Assembly: GCA_016293265.1 (NCBI GenBank)
Contig: JAEDEN010000001.1
Span: 20,181 to 84,180, forward strand
DNA from: Oscillospiraceae bacterium
Lineage (GTDB): Bacteria; Bacillota; Clostridia; Oscillospirales; Oscillospiraceae
Length of the DNA: 64,000 bases
Reading direction: 5' to 3'
Under the pieces are notes generated by a model. The model searched no databases. It was not told the origin of the DNA and saw only the letters and a program-made list of their open reading frames with translations. How positions within the stretch are numbered: the first letter of the stretch is position 1; every line of letters starts with the position of its first letter. Positions 55,471 to 64,000 of the stretch are shown piece by piece. Position numbers and translations under genes: made by a program.

Positions 55471-57387
55471 TTACCCATTGAAATCTTCTGCGATTGTATC
55501 CTTCAGCAGCTTGAGGAAATTGTCATAGCTTGGATCCAGAAGAAGCTGCGGCACAAAGCTGCGCTGCACAAAAATTTTAGAAAGATAATTCCAAATCTGA
55601 AACGCCTTTGCATTGTTTTTGCCGACACTGACCAGCATGACCAAATTGACCTTGTTTCCATCGTCATCCCACTCCAAGGATTGGGGAGAAATGCCGATGG
55701 AGATAAAGGTGTCGGAGGAAACGGCAAAAATGGGATGCGGCGCAGCAATGCCGTTGCCGAAAAAGGTGCTGCCCAAGGCCTCCCGCTCTAAAATGGCCCC
55801 ATGCAGTCCTTCAATGTTATAGTGCTTGCTGGATTTTTTGCAGAGTGTATTCAAAATGTCGTCCCTGCTCATCTCGCTCCTGAAGACTTCGAACAAATCC
55901 CGGTGGAAGAGCTGCAAAATGTCATTGATGCTCTCAAATCCATCCAGGGCCAGCTTCAGATTCAGGTAATCGTGCTGGTCGGGGAAGGGGTTGATATAGA
56001 ATGCCAGCCCCATATCGTAGTATTTGCCCTTTTCTGTGGTGAGGATTGTATCATACCGGTCCAGGTAGGATTCGTTCATCTCGGAAGGGGGCAGGAAAAA
56101 CAGCTCGGCGATTTGGTCTGAGAACCATTTATACAGGGTCTGCCTGATTAAAATGTTTTCACTTCTGCGCAGGGAGGAAATGATCAGAACCCGTCTGGTA
56201 CCGGTGCTGTTTTGCAGGTCGGTCAGTGCCTTGTATAAATGGATGGCAATAAATGCAATTTCTTCATCCTGCACTTTCTTGTGGAATTTCTTCTGGAGGA
56301 AAGAAGCAAAATAGGTGGCGATGTCAAATCCCTGGGGAAAAGTTTGGCGAATATAGTCCACCAAGTGGTTCTTCATCTGCATATCGTACTTGATCCGCAC
56401 GATCATCGGCGTGCAGTGCAGCTCCAGCGCGATGCGCAGGTTGACATCATTGGTCAGGTCGATGTCAAAGGCGCTGCGGATCGCTCTGAGGGCATCCAGC
56501 ACCAGGTCATCCACTTCCTTGGAGATGACCGAGGCGGAGGTGAAGTTGCCCCGGCCTCTCAGGTACAGGGCAAAATAGTCGATTTCACTGTCCGGAATGC
56601 GAAGGTGGAACGCGGCGCTGAACCGCGCGAAAACTGCTTCCGCCATTTCCCGTTCAAGGTGCAGGTCCTGCTCGATGTTCAGGTCGGCCGGCGCAATAAA
56701 AAACCAGTTTTCCATCCGCCGGAGTGCCACATAGAGCTGAACGATCATATTGTTCAGATCCACCTCGGAAACATTGTGCTTGAAGGAGACAAATGTTTCC
56801 ACCAGAATATCCTTGATCTTTCCCATGGGATCGTAGTTGTCCTGTCCCGGGATGGCGGAGGCGGGATTCGTGATCATCAGGTTTTCTTCGGAGATGCACC
56901 GCCGTTTATTGATCTCGCTGCCGTCGATCATAAGCTTGTTGGAGCCGCGCAGGATCTCCAGATGGTATTTCTGCAAAACGGTATCCACACGCTTCAAATC
57001 GTTGAGCAGCGTGCTGCGGGAAACAAAGACCGCGTTCTCCACATCATAGTAGGAAATGGAGCGGTGCTGCTCCAGCAGCAGAAGAAGGATATGGTTGATG
57101 CGCTCGCTTTGATAATTCAGGGAGGTGTTGCTGAACTGCTGATAGAGATTCTCCTTGAAGGGGGCGAAGGCCTCGGGGTCCTTTATGATGATCCGGCTGC
57201 CCTTGGGAGTCACGGACTGAAATTCCACACAGGGATATTCGGCCAGCTCATTTTTCATGGCCTTAATGTCGCTTTGGATGGTGCGAAGGCTGACCTGCTG
57301 TTTTTTGGCAAAGTAGGACGCAGTGATATAGCTGTTCGGATTTTCGCAAAGCTCAAGAAGGATCTCGAGTTGACGCCGGTTAAACAT
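55471..57387 (-). CDS. PRD-containing transcriptional regulator (MtlR/LicR/ManR type)
   Basis: HTH VSLRTIQSDI, Mga-like FVSRSTLLNDL, two PRDs, EIIB-like segment, EIIA domain with ERE...ST...IAAPHP. Confidence 0.9.
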   Translation of the reverse strand: MFNRRQLEILLELCENPNSYITASYFAKKQQVSLRTIQSDIKAMKNELAEYPCVEFQSVTPKGSRIIIKDPEAFAPFKENLYQQFSNTSLNYQSERINHILLLLLEQHRSISYYDVENAVFVSRSTLLNDLKRVDTVLQKYHLEILRGSNKLMIDGSEINKRRCISEENLMITNPASAIPGQDNYDPMGKIKDILVETFVSFKHNVSEVDLNNMIVQLYVALRRMENWFFIAPADLNIEQDLHLEREMAEAVFARFSAAFHLRIPDSEIDYFALYLRGRGNFTSASVISKEVDDLVLDALRAIRSAFDIDLTNDVNLRIALELHCTPMIVRIKYDMQMKNHLVDYIRQTFPQGFDIATYFASFLQKKFHKKVQDEEIAFIAIHLYKALTDLQNSTGTRRVLIISSLRRSENILIRQTLYKWFSDQIAELFFLPPSEMNESYLDRYDTILTTEKGKYYDMGLAFYINPFPDQHDYLNLKLALDGFESINDILQLFHRDLFEVFRSEMSRDDILNTLCKKSSKHYNIEGLHGAILEREALGSTFFGNGIAAPHPIFAVSSDTFISIGISPQSLEWDDDGNKVNLVMLVSVGKNNAKAFQIWNYLSKIFVQRSFVPQLLLDPSYDNFLKLLKDTIAEDFNG

Positions 57388-57755
57388 AAGTGCCTCCTTC
57401 GATACATGGGCAAATGCCGTACAGGGCAGGAGTCGCCGTTTTCCCCATGAGTTTATGATAACGTGAATGAGCGGCCGCATATGCGCATCATCTGCTCCAT
57501 ATCTCCGGGCCGTTTCGGATCATTGCGGTATGATGCCGCAATACGCCCCCGCTTTTTCAGGATCAGCGGGAGGCCTTTTGCGCCCGAGACGTGCCGGCGG
57601 CCGAAAAATAGATGGTGAGTCCCCGGATTTGACAGAAGCAGATATCTTTTTACACAATATAATATAGCATGTTGTTGAATTTTACAATTATAATCTTTTT
57701 CGCTTCTGAAAATGGAAACGGCTGCCTAAAAAAACAGGAAATTTCAGAGGTAATA

Positions 57756-57798
57756 CCGCAAATTGTTGAATAAATTTGCGGCATCCATCCGCAAATTT
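57756..57798. promoter_or_regulatory. Three CCGCAAATT half-sites forming overlapping inverted repeats upstream of PTS operon
   Basis: CCGCAAATT (57756), AAATTTGCGG (57772), CCGCAAATTT (57789). Confidence 0.65.
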
Positions 57799-57942
57799 GT
57801 TGTGTACAATGCCCGAAAAATATGCTATATTTATATCGTCGACAGAGACGTCTCTATTCTTGCGCATCTTACAGCTTAACCAAACGCCCCCGCAAATCAT
57901 TTGTCGCATCAGCGGCACTGCAGAAAGGAAGTATTGAACGAA

Positions 57943-58383
57943 ATGGATGCTCCTAAACTTCGCGTTGTCCTTATCTCCCATGGCGAGCAATCCAAGGGTA
58001 TGTTAAACAGCGTTCAGATGCTGCTTGGCCCCCAGGAAAACATTGTTGCCTATAGCCTCTATCCCGAACAGACCGTGAATGATTTGACCGATCAGCTGCG
58101 GGCTGAAGTGGAAACGTATGGCGCCGAGAACATCATTTTCATGTCGGAATTGAAGCTTGGCTCTCCTTTTAACGCGGTAGTGTCTTTGACCCGCGACTAT
58201 GATTTGTATCACATCAGCGGCACAAATCTTGCCACGCTGATGACCGTCATCACTGAACGGGATGACGAGGATGCCACAGCGGAAAGCGTTTGCGCCGCCG
58301 CGATGGAGACTGCGCAGGACAGCATTGTCGATGTCAGAAAGATGCTGCGAGAAGAACCTGATATGGAGGAGGAAGACTTATGA
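57943..58383 (+). CDS. PTS mannose/fructose/sorbose-family EIIA
   Basis: VLISHG, GSPFN, GTNL. Confidence 0.9.
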   Translation: MDAPKLRVVLISHGEQSKGMLNSVQMLLGPQENIVAYSLYPEQTVNDLTDQLRAEVETYGAENIIFMSELKLGSPFNAVVSLTRDYDLYHISGTNLATLMTVITERDDEDATAESVCAAAMETAQDSIVDVRKMLREEPDMEEEDL

Positions 58384-58883
58384 GAAACGTTGTCCTGGCA
58401 CGCGTGGATGACCGCCTGATTCATGGTGAGGTCGTCACGGCCTGGATCCCCAGCACCAGAGCAACCCGCATTATTATTGTTGACGACGAGGTCGCAAAGG
58501 ACGAATTCAACGTCCGCGTCGTCAAGGCCCTGGCTCCCGCCGGCACCAAGGTGTTTGTGTATAATGTGGAGAAAGCTTCCGAGAAGCTGATGGTTCCTGG
58601 CGTTGAGGGCGAGCGTCTGTTGGTTTTGGCCAAGACTCCCACCAGCTTCAACCGCCTGATCAAAAACGGTGTTCCCCTGAAGGAAGTGAACCTGGGCGGC
58701 GCCGGTATCCGCGGTGAGCGTCAGCCGTTCATCAACAATGTGGCGCTGAATCCGGAAGAAGTTCTTGCATGCGAAGAGATGCAGAAGGCTGGCTGCCGTG
58801 TTTTCTATCAGCTGGTTCCCGAGCAGGGCGTCATTGAGATCGATGAGGCTCTGAAGAAAGCCAAAGCGAATTTCGGTTTATAA
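58380..58883 (+). CDS. PTS mannose/fructose/sorbose-family EIIB
   Basis: RVDDRLIHGEV, VNLG. Confidence 0.92.
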   Translation: MRNVVLARVDDRLIHGEVVTAWIPSTRATRIIIVDDEVAKDEFNVRVVKALAPAGTKVFVYNVEKASEKLMVPGVEGERLLVLAKTPTSFNRLIKNGVPLKEVNLGGAGIRGERQPFINNVALNPEEVLACEEMQKAGCRVFYQLVPEQGVIEIDEALKKAKANFGL

Positions 58884-58918
58884 AACCAAACGAACGTAAT
58901 GAGAAAGGATGAAACCTT

Positions 58919-59719
58919 ATGAGTATTACGCAAGCAATTATTTGCGGTATCATCTACTGGCTGGCTGAGGCCAACCTGCCCTTCGTTGGTCTGTGGACGC
59001 TGCAGAGACCTCTGGTCTGCGGATTTTTGACCGGCTGTGTCCTGGGCGACCCCGTTACCGGCGCCGTCGTGGGCGGCACCATCAACCTGGTCTACCTGGG
59101 CTTCATCTCCGCCGGCGGCTCCATGCCTGCTGATATGGCTCTGGCCGGTGTTCTGGGTGTTGCTTATGCTATTACCGGCGGCCTGGATGCCAACACGGCA
59201 CTGGCCATCGCCGTTCCTCTGGGCCTGCTGGGTACCATCGTGTGGTATCTGCGTATGACCTTCGACTCTGTGTTCGTACATATGGGCGACAAGTGGGTCG
59301 CTCAGGGCAAGTTCAACAACCTGTACCTTTCCAACGTGATTCTGCCTCAGATCTTCTCCGCTGTCATCTGCGTGACTCCCTGCTTCCTGGCCGCATATTT
59401 TGGCGCTGACTACATTCAGAGCTTCATCGACCTGTGCGCCGGCAAGCCCCTGCAGATTTTCCAGATCATCGGCGGTATGATGCCTGCTCTTGGTATTGCC
59501 ATCACCCTGCAGTACATCTTCAAGGGCGAGGCCCGCATCTTCCTGTTCCTGGGCTTCATCATTTCCACCTGCTTCGGCCTGACTCTGGTCCAGCAGGGCG
59601 TGATCGGCCTGATCACTGCACTGATCTACATCCAGGTGACTGGAAACACCGCTGCTCCCGCCGTCTCTGGCGGTGCACCCGTTGCAGCAGCCACGGGTTA
59701 TGATCCGGACGAAGACTAA
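58919..59719 (+). CDS. PTS mannose/fructose/sorbose-family EIIC
   Basis: RPLVCG...LGD, YLG....GG..P.D, GGMMPALG. Confidence 0.92.
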   Translation: MSITQAIICGIIYWLAEANLPFVGLWTLQRPLVCGFLTGCVLGDPVTGAVVGGTINLVYLGFISAGGSMPADMALAGVLGVAYAITGGLDANTALAIAVPLGLLGTIVWYLRMTFDSVFVHMGDKWVAQGKFNNLYLSNVILPQIFSAVICVTPCFLAAYFGADYIQSFIDLCAGKPLQIFQIIGGMMPALGIAITLQYIFKGEARIFLFLGFIISTCFGLTLVQQGVIGLITALIYIQVTGNTAAPAVSGGAPVAAATGYDPDED

Positions 59720-59735
59720 AGAGGAGGGAACTATT

Positions 59736-60572
59736 ATGGCTAACAATAACAAGGAAAAGCTGATTCCTAAGAAAGCCCTGTTCCGGGCTGCCATGATTTG
59801 GGAGACTTGGGTTCAGACATGCTACAACTATGAACGTATGATGGGCATGGCGTGTGCGCACACCTTCCTGCCTGTGGTTAAGTACCTGTATCCCAACGAC
59901 AAGGCAAAGCAGACCGACCTGATGACCCGTGAGATGGAGTTCTTCAACGTCCATCCCGAGTTCGGTTCCTGCATTCTGGGCCTGGCCATCTCTCTGGAAG
60001 AGGAGAAGGCCATGGGCAAGGATATCCCCAACGAGTTCATCACCAACATCAAGACCTCTCTGATGGGCCCCCTCGCCGGCGTTGGCGACACCATTTGGCA
60101 GGGCGTCCTGATCCCCATCCTGCTGGCCCTGTGCATTGATGTCACCCTGTCCGGCGGCGGCAACATCTGGGGCGCAGTGGTCTACGGCATCCTGATGTTC
60201 CTGATCACCTACATCTTCTCCTATGCAAACTTCATGTTTGGCTACCACGCAGGCTCTGACGCCATTATGGACTTCCTGGAAAAGGGAATCCTAAATAAGC
60301 TGCTCAAGGGCGCTTCCATCATGGGCTGCATGGTCATGGGCGGTCTGATCGTGAACTATGTCAAGCTCAAGTGCGGCCTGACCATCACCACCTCCGGTGC
60401 TGTCTTCTCCCTGCAGGAAAGCCTGTTTGACGCGGTTCTGCCCAACATCCTGCCTTTGTGCCTGACCATGGGCGTCTACGGCCTGATGCAGAAAAAGTGG
60501 ACCTCCGTCAAGATCATCCTGCTGATGGTTGCCATCGGTGTTGTCGGCGGTTTCTTCAATATCCTTGCTTGA
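59736..60572 (+). CDS. PTS mannose/fructose/sorbose-family EIID
   Basis: YNYERM, FFN.HP, KTSLMGPLAGVGD. Confidence 0.92.
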   Translation: MANNNKEKLIPKKALFRAAMIWETWVQTCYNYERMMGMACAHTFLPVVKYLYPNDKAKQTDLMTREMEFFNVHPEFGSCILGLAISLEEEKAMGKDIPNEFITNIKTSLMGPLAGVGDTIWQGVLIPILLALCIDVTLSGGGNIWGAVVYGILMFLITYIFSYANFMFGYHAGSDAIMDFLEKGILNKLLKGASIMGCMVMGGLIVNYVKLKCGLTITTSGAVFSLQESLFDAVLPNILPLCLTMGVYGLMQKKWTSVKIILLMVAIGVVGGFFNILA

Positions 60573-60607
60573 TAATTTCACAGTCAGGGTTGAATTGATT
60601 TTTTAAG

Positions 60608-60644
60608 AAAGGCGGCCCTCCATGATTCTGGAGGGCCGCCTTTT
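60608..60644 (+). terminator. Intrinsic terminator after EIID
   Basis: AAAGGCGGCCCTCCA / TGGAGGGCCGCCTTTT. Confidence 0.8.
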
Positions 60645-60697
60645 GCTAAAGGCAGGCTGCGGATGCCGCTTGCCGTACATGAAAAAGGGGGCTGCCG

Positions 60698-61258
60698 GTG
60701 GTGAAGACCTGTGATATCTGCGGCGGGAAGGCTGGCTTATTCCAGACCTTCCGGTGCCAGGACGGCGTGATCTGTAAGAATTGCTATAGGATTGTCAGCG
60801 GCAATTACGCCACTACGATCACCAAAATGACGCTTACGGAGCTGAAAAAGCTCTATATCAAAAATGCTCAGCCGCTGGACATGGGCGAGGGCGGATTCCA
60901 GACCACCCGAAAGATCGGAGCTTTCCTTCTGCTGGATGAAAAGAACCACAAATTTTGTATCCTGAACAACCAGAAACTGACTGGACGGAATACCAGGCCG
61001 GAGGTTTTTCCCTATGCGGCATTGGAACGCTTTCAGTTGGTTTCCGAACCGAAGCTTTCCTCGGAGCGGCTCTTCGCTCTGGCGTCGGAAAAGGACAGCA
61101 CAGAGGTGATCCAAAGGCTGGCCGTCCGGCTTCAACTGAAAGGCACCGGTGTGCGGGAGATCACGATTATTCCCACTCCGGTACGTACCTCCAGTTTTGC
61201 ATTCCGCCAAAGCTGCAAAGTTGCAGAAGAAATCCTGGATTGCTTGGCAAGCATTTGA
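60698..61258 (+). CDS. Zinc-ribbon (DUF4428-like) protein
   Basis: CDICG...DG.ICKNC N-terminus followed by beta-rich domain. Confidence 0.65.
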   Translation: MVKTCDICGGKAGLFQTFRCQDGVICKNCYRIVSGNYATTITKMTLTELKKLYIKNAQPLDMGEGGFQTTRKIGAFLLLDEKNHKFCILNNQKLTGRNTRPEVFPYAALERFQLVSEPKLSSERLFALASEKDSTEVIQRLAVRLQLKGTGVREITIIPTPVRTSSFAFRQSCKVAEEILDCLASI

Positions 61259-61395
61259 GCTTTTGATTGCGGATAAGGCCCTCCAATGGGCCATGGCACT
61301 GATGTGAATGTCGGACTGCTCATTTTCCCAGGCAGTGGTGTAAATGGATAGATCCGATTGGTTTGTTATTTACTGTAATGTGTAAGGAGTTTATT

Positions 61396-62751
61396 ATGGA
61401 AATGTATACGCAGCCCCATCCCCTGAACGATTATCTGGACCGCAGGTTTACCTGTGACTGCGGCAAGGAGCATTACGCCTCCTTGAAGTTCGTCAGTGTG
61501 CGGAAGGACGCACTGGAGGACCTGCCCCGCTTCGCACAGGAACTGGGCTTCAAGAGCCTGTACCTCATCAGCGATAAGATTACATATGAGATTGCCGGTA
61601 AGCGCTGCATGGAGATTCTGGCCGCCGCTGGCGTCAAGGCCCATATCGTGGTCTTGGGCCACACCGGCTTCGATGAGGCCACCGTCGGCGAGATCCTTAT
61701 CAATATGCCCGATGACTGCGATCTGGTAGTGGCGGTGGGCACCGGCGCTATCAACGATATGACCCGCTATTTCAGCTTCCGTATGCACCGGCCCTTCTTC
61801 ACCGTGGCTACCGCTGCTCCTATGGACGGTTTTGCCTCCAGCCTGGCGGTGCTGAACATCAATAACTTGAAGACCAGCATTGAGGCGCAGACCCCCACCG
61901 CCATTATTGGCGATACCGAGATCCTGAAGAACGCTCCCTACCGCATGATTGCCGCCGGCCTGGGCGACCTGCTGGGCAAGTCCACCTGCCTGTGCGACTG
62001 GAAGATTGCCAAGGTCATCAACGGCGAGCATTACTGCGGCCGGATTGTGGAGCTGGTAGAGACTTGTGTGGACGATGTTCTGAAGGATGCGGGCAAGGCC
62101 AAAGACCGTGATCCCCAGGTCCTGGGCGACATTATGGAGGGCCTGGTGCTCACCGGCGTAGCTATGAGCCTCTATGGCAACTCCCGCCCCGCCTCCGGCT
62201 GCGAACACCATATGTCCCACTACTGGGAGATGATGTTCGAGCAGCAGGGCAAGCGCCCCGTACCCCACGGCACTCAGGTGGGCGTGGGCACTGTGCTGGT
62301 TTTGAAGCTGGTGGAACAGCTGCGCAAGTCTGGTGTGGACTTTGATGCCGCCCGTGCCGCAGCCAAGGCATACGATCAGGCTGCCTGGGAAGAGAACATC
62401 CGTATGGCTTACGGTCCCGCCGCTCAGGGCGTCATCGACATGGAGGCCAAGGCCCAGAAGAATGAGACGACGGCCCGTCTGGCCCGCATTGACGCCATGG
62501 AGGCCCATTGGGAGGAGATCATGGCCCTGCTGACCGCGCTGCCCTCTTCCCAGGAGGTTATGGACCTTCTGCGTTCCCTGGATTCCCCCTGCCTGCCCGG
62601 CGAGATCGATGTGGATAAGGAACTTTTGAAGAATACCTTCCGTTATTGCAAGGAGGTCCGCGCCCGTTATACCATCCTGCAGATGATCTGGGATCTGGGC
62701 CTTCTGGATACCCTGTCCGACAAGGTGGTGGACGAGGTGTGCGGACAGTGA
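61396..62751 (+). CDS. sn-glycerol-1-phosphate dehydrogenase-like (AraM/EgsA family)
   Basis: C.CG..H N-terminus, GTGAIND, TAAPMDG, AGLGD, SRPASGCEHHMSH, HG.QVG. Confidence 0.88.
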   Translation: MEMYTQPHPLNDYLDRRFTCDCGKEHYASLKFVSVRKDALEDLPRFAQELGFKSLYLISDKITYEIAGKRCMEILAAAGVKAHIVVLGHTGFDEATVGEILINMPDDCDLVVAVGTGAINDMTRYFSFRMHRPFFTVATAAPMDGFASSLAVLNINNLKTSIEAQTPTAIIGDTEILKNAPYRMIAAGLGDLLGKSTCLCDWKIAKVINGEHYCGRIVELVETCVDDVLKDAGKAKDRDPQVLGDIMEGLVLTGVAMSLYGNSRPASGCEHHMSHYWEMMFEQQGKRPVPHGTQVGVGTVLVLKLVEQLRKSGVDFDAARAAAKAYDQAAWEENIRMAYGPAAQGVIDMEAKAQKNETTARLARIDAMEAHWEEIMALLTALPSSQEVMDLLRSLDSPCLPGEIDVDKELLKNTFRYCKEVRARYTILQMIWDLGLLDTLSDKVVDEVCGQ

Positions 62752-62832
62752 TGACAGACCCCCTTTGGCGTAGTGCTGAATGATAAGAATCAACAGAACC
62801 AAATGTGAGAATCAAGAAAGGATGTATCCATT

Positions 62833-63093
62833 ATGAATCAGTTCCAGTATACCGTTACCGATCCCATGGGTATCCACGCCCGTCCCGCCGGCCTGCTGGT
62901 GAAGGCCGCCAAGCCCCTGAACAGCACCATTACCATTGCGAAGGGGGACGGCAAGTCCGCCAACGCCACCAAGCTGATGGCTGTCATGGGCCTGGCCATC
63001 AAGGCAGGAACCACGGTCACCGTTACCGTGGAGGGCGGCGACGAGGAGGCCAACGCCCAGGTCATGGAGAAGTTCTTCCAGGAAAACCTGTAA
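62833..63093 (+). CDS. Phosphocarrier protein HPr paralog
   Basis: GIHARPA (His15 motif), EG.DE. Confidence 0.92.
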   Translation: MNQFQYTVTDPMGIHARPAGLLVKAAKPLNSTITIAKGDGKSANATKLMAVMGLAIKAGTTVTVTVEGGDEEANAQVMEKFFQENL

Positions 63094-63123
63094 ACAGCCG
63101 GGTCGGAAAGGAGAAAACGCCTT

Positions 63124-64000
63124 ATGCAAGTAGCTACCGGAAAATCCATCCTGAATGGGATTGCCATCGGTCCGCTGCATATCTACCACAAAACAGAGAG
63201 TACGACCTCTGTTTCCAGCACCCTTTCGCCGGCAGAGGAGTGGCAGCGCTTCGAGAACGCCTGTGAAAAGGCCAAGGAGCAGCTGGCCGGCCTCTATGAA
63301 AAAGCGCTGGAGGAAGTGGGCGAAGAAAATGCCGCCATTTTCGAGATCCACCAGATGATGCTGGAGGATGAGGACTATCTGGACGCGGTCAAGGGGATCA
63401 TTGAGACCCAGGGAGCCACTGCCGAATATGCCGCATACACGACGGGAGATAATTTTTCCGCCGCTTTTGCCGCCATGGACGATGCCTATATGAAGGCCCG
63501 GGCCACCGATGTGAAAGACGTTTCCCGCCGTGTGGTGAACATTCTGACCGGCAAGACGGACGGAAATCTGCTGGGCGACAAGCCGGTCATCCTGGTGGCC
63601 GACGACCTGACTCCCAGTGAGACGGTCCAGATGGATAAATCCAAGCTGCTGGGCTTCATCACCCGTCACGGTTCCGCTAACAGCCATACCGCCATTCTGG
63701 CCCGGACCATGAACATCCCCGCCCTGATCGGCGTGGATTTTGATGAGAGCTGGGACGGCCGGATGGCCGTGCTTGATGGCTATAACCACTGCGTTTACAT
63801 TGACCCCGCTGCTGAATTGCTCTCCACAATGGAGAATAAGCGGACGGAAGACCTGAAGCAGGAAGCCCTGCTCCAGGGGCTCAAAAAGAAGCCCAATATC
63901 ACCCTGGACGGCAAGGAAATCAACGTATATGCCAATATCGGCAGCGCCGCAGACGTTGGCCTGGTCCTTCAGAACGACGCGGGCGGCATCGGATTGTTCC
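63124..64000 (+). CDS. ptsI: PEP-protein phosphotransferase (PTS enzyme I), 5' part (runs off window edge)
   Basis: Manual translation MQVATGKSILNGIAIG...IFEIHQMMLED...DLTPSET...GSANSHTAILAR...ANIG...GIGLF. Confidence 0.93.
   Translation, partial: MQVATGKSILNGIAIGPLHIYHKTESTTSVSSTLSPAEEWQRFENACEKAKEQLAGLYEKALEEVGEENAAIFEIHQMMLEDEDYLDAVKGIIETQGATAEYAAYTTGDNFSAAFAAMDDAYMKARATDVKDVSRRVVNILTGKTDGNLLGDKPVILVADDLTPSETVQMDKSKLLGFITRHGSANSHTAILARTMNIPALIGVDFDESWDGRMAVLDGYNHCVYIDPAAELLSTMENKRTEDLKQEALLQGLKKKPNITLDGKEINVYANIGSAADVGLVLQNDAGGIGLF

Overview
GC-rich, gene-dense Firmicutes (Clostridia, Oscillospiraceae-like) chromosomal segment with about 60 CDSs and no rRNA, tRNA, transposase or CRISPR array visible. 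About 1-41 kb is mostly housekeeping: rsmI, a ferredoxin, clpC, rplU-prp-rpmA, obg, several tRNA/rRNA modification enzymes, a partial oxaloacetate decarboxylase-type cluster, htrA, recG, asnS and pepD. About 42-51 kb is a cysteine/methionine/B12 cluster (metY-like, Rrf2 regulator, cysK, split methionine synthase, ECF-S + DUF4430). About 51-64 kb is a more A+T-rich sugar-utilisation locus with SorE-like reductase, class II aldolase, SorC and PRD regulators, a mannose-family PTS, a G1P-dehydrogenase-like enzyme and its own HPr/EI. Top observations: (1) two unannotated leader ORFs upstream of metY and cysK share an S-x-F-R-C-x-R motif and overlap alternative RNA helices that can sequester or free the downstream terminator/RBS, i.e. 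a candidate cysteine-sensing leader-peptide attenuation system combined with a three-site Rrf2 operator motif; (2) a translationally coupled pair of a cytoplasmic ParB/Srx-like + BMP nucleoside-binding fusion and a metallophosphoesterase, a candidate writer/eraser nucleotide-signalling module; (3) an exact CiaR-type box plus a second OmpR-type repeat upstream of htrA. All calls come from motif recognition by eye; no searches were run.
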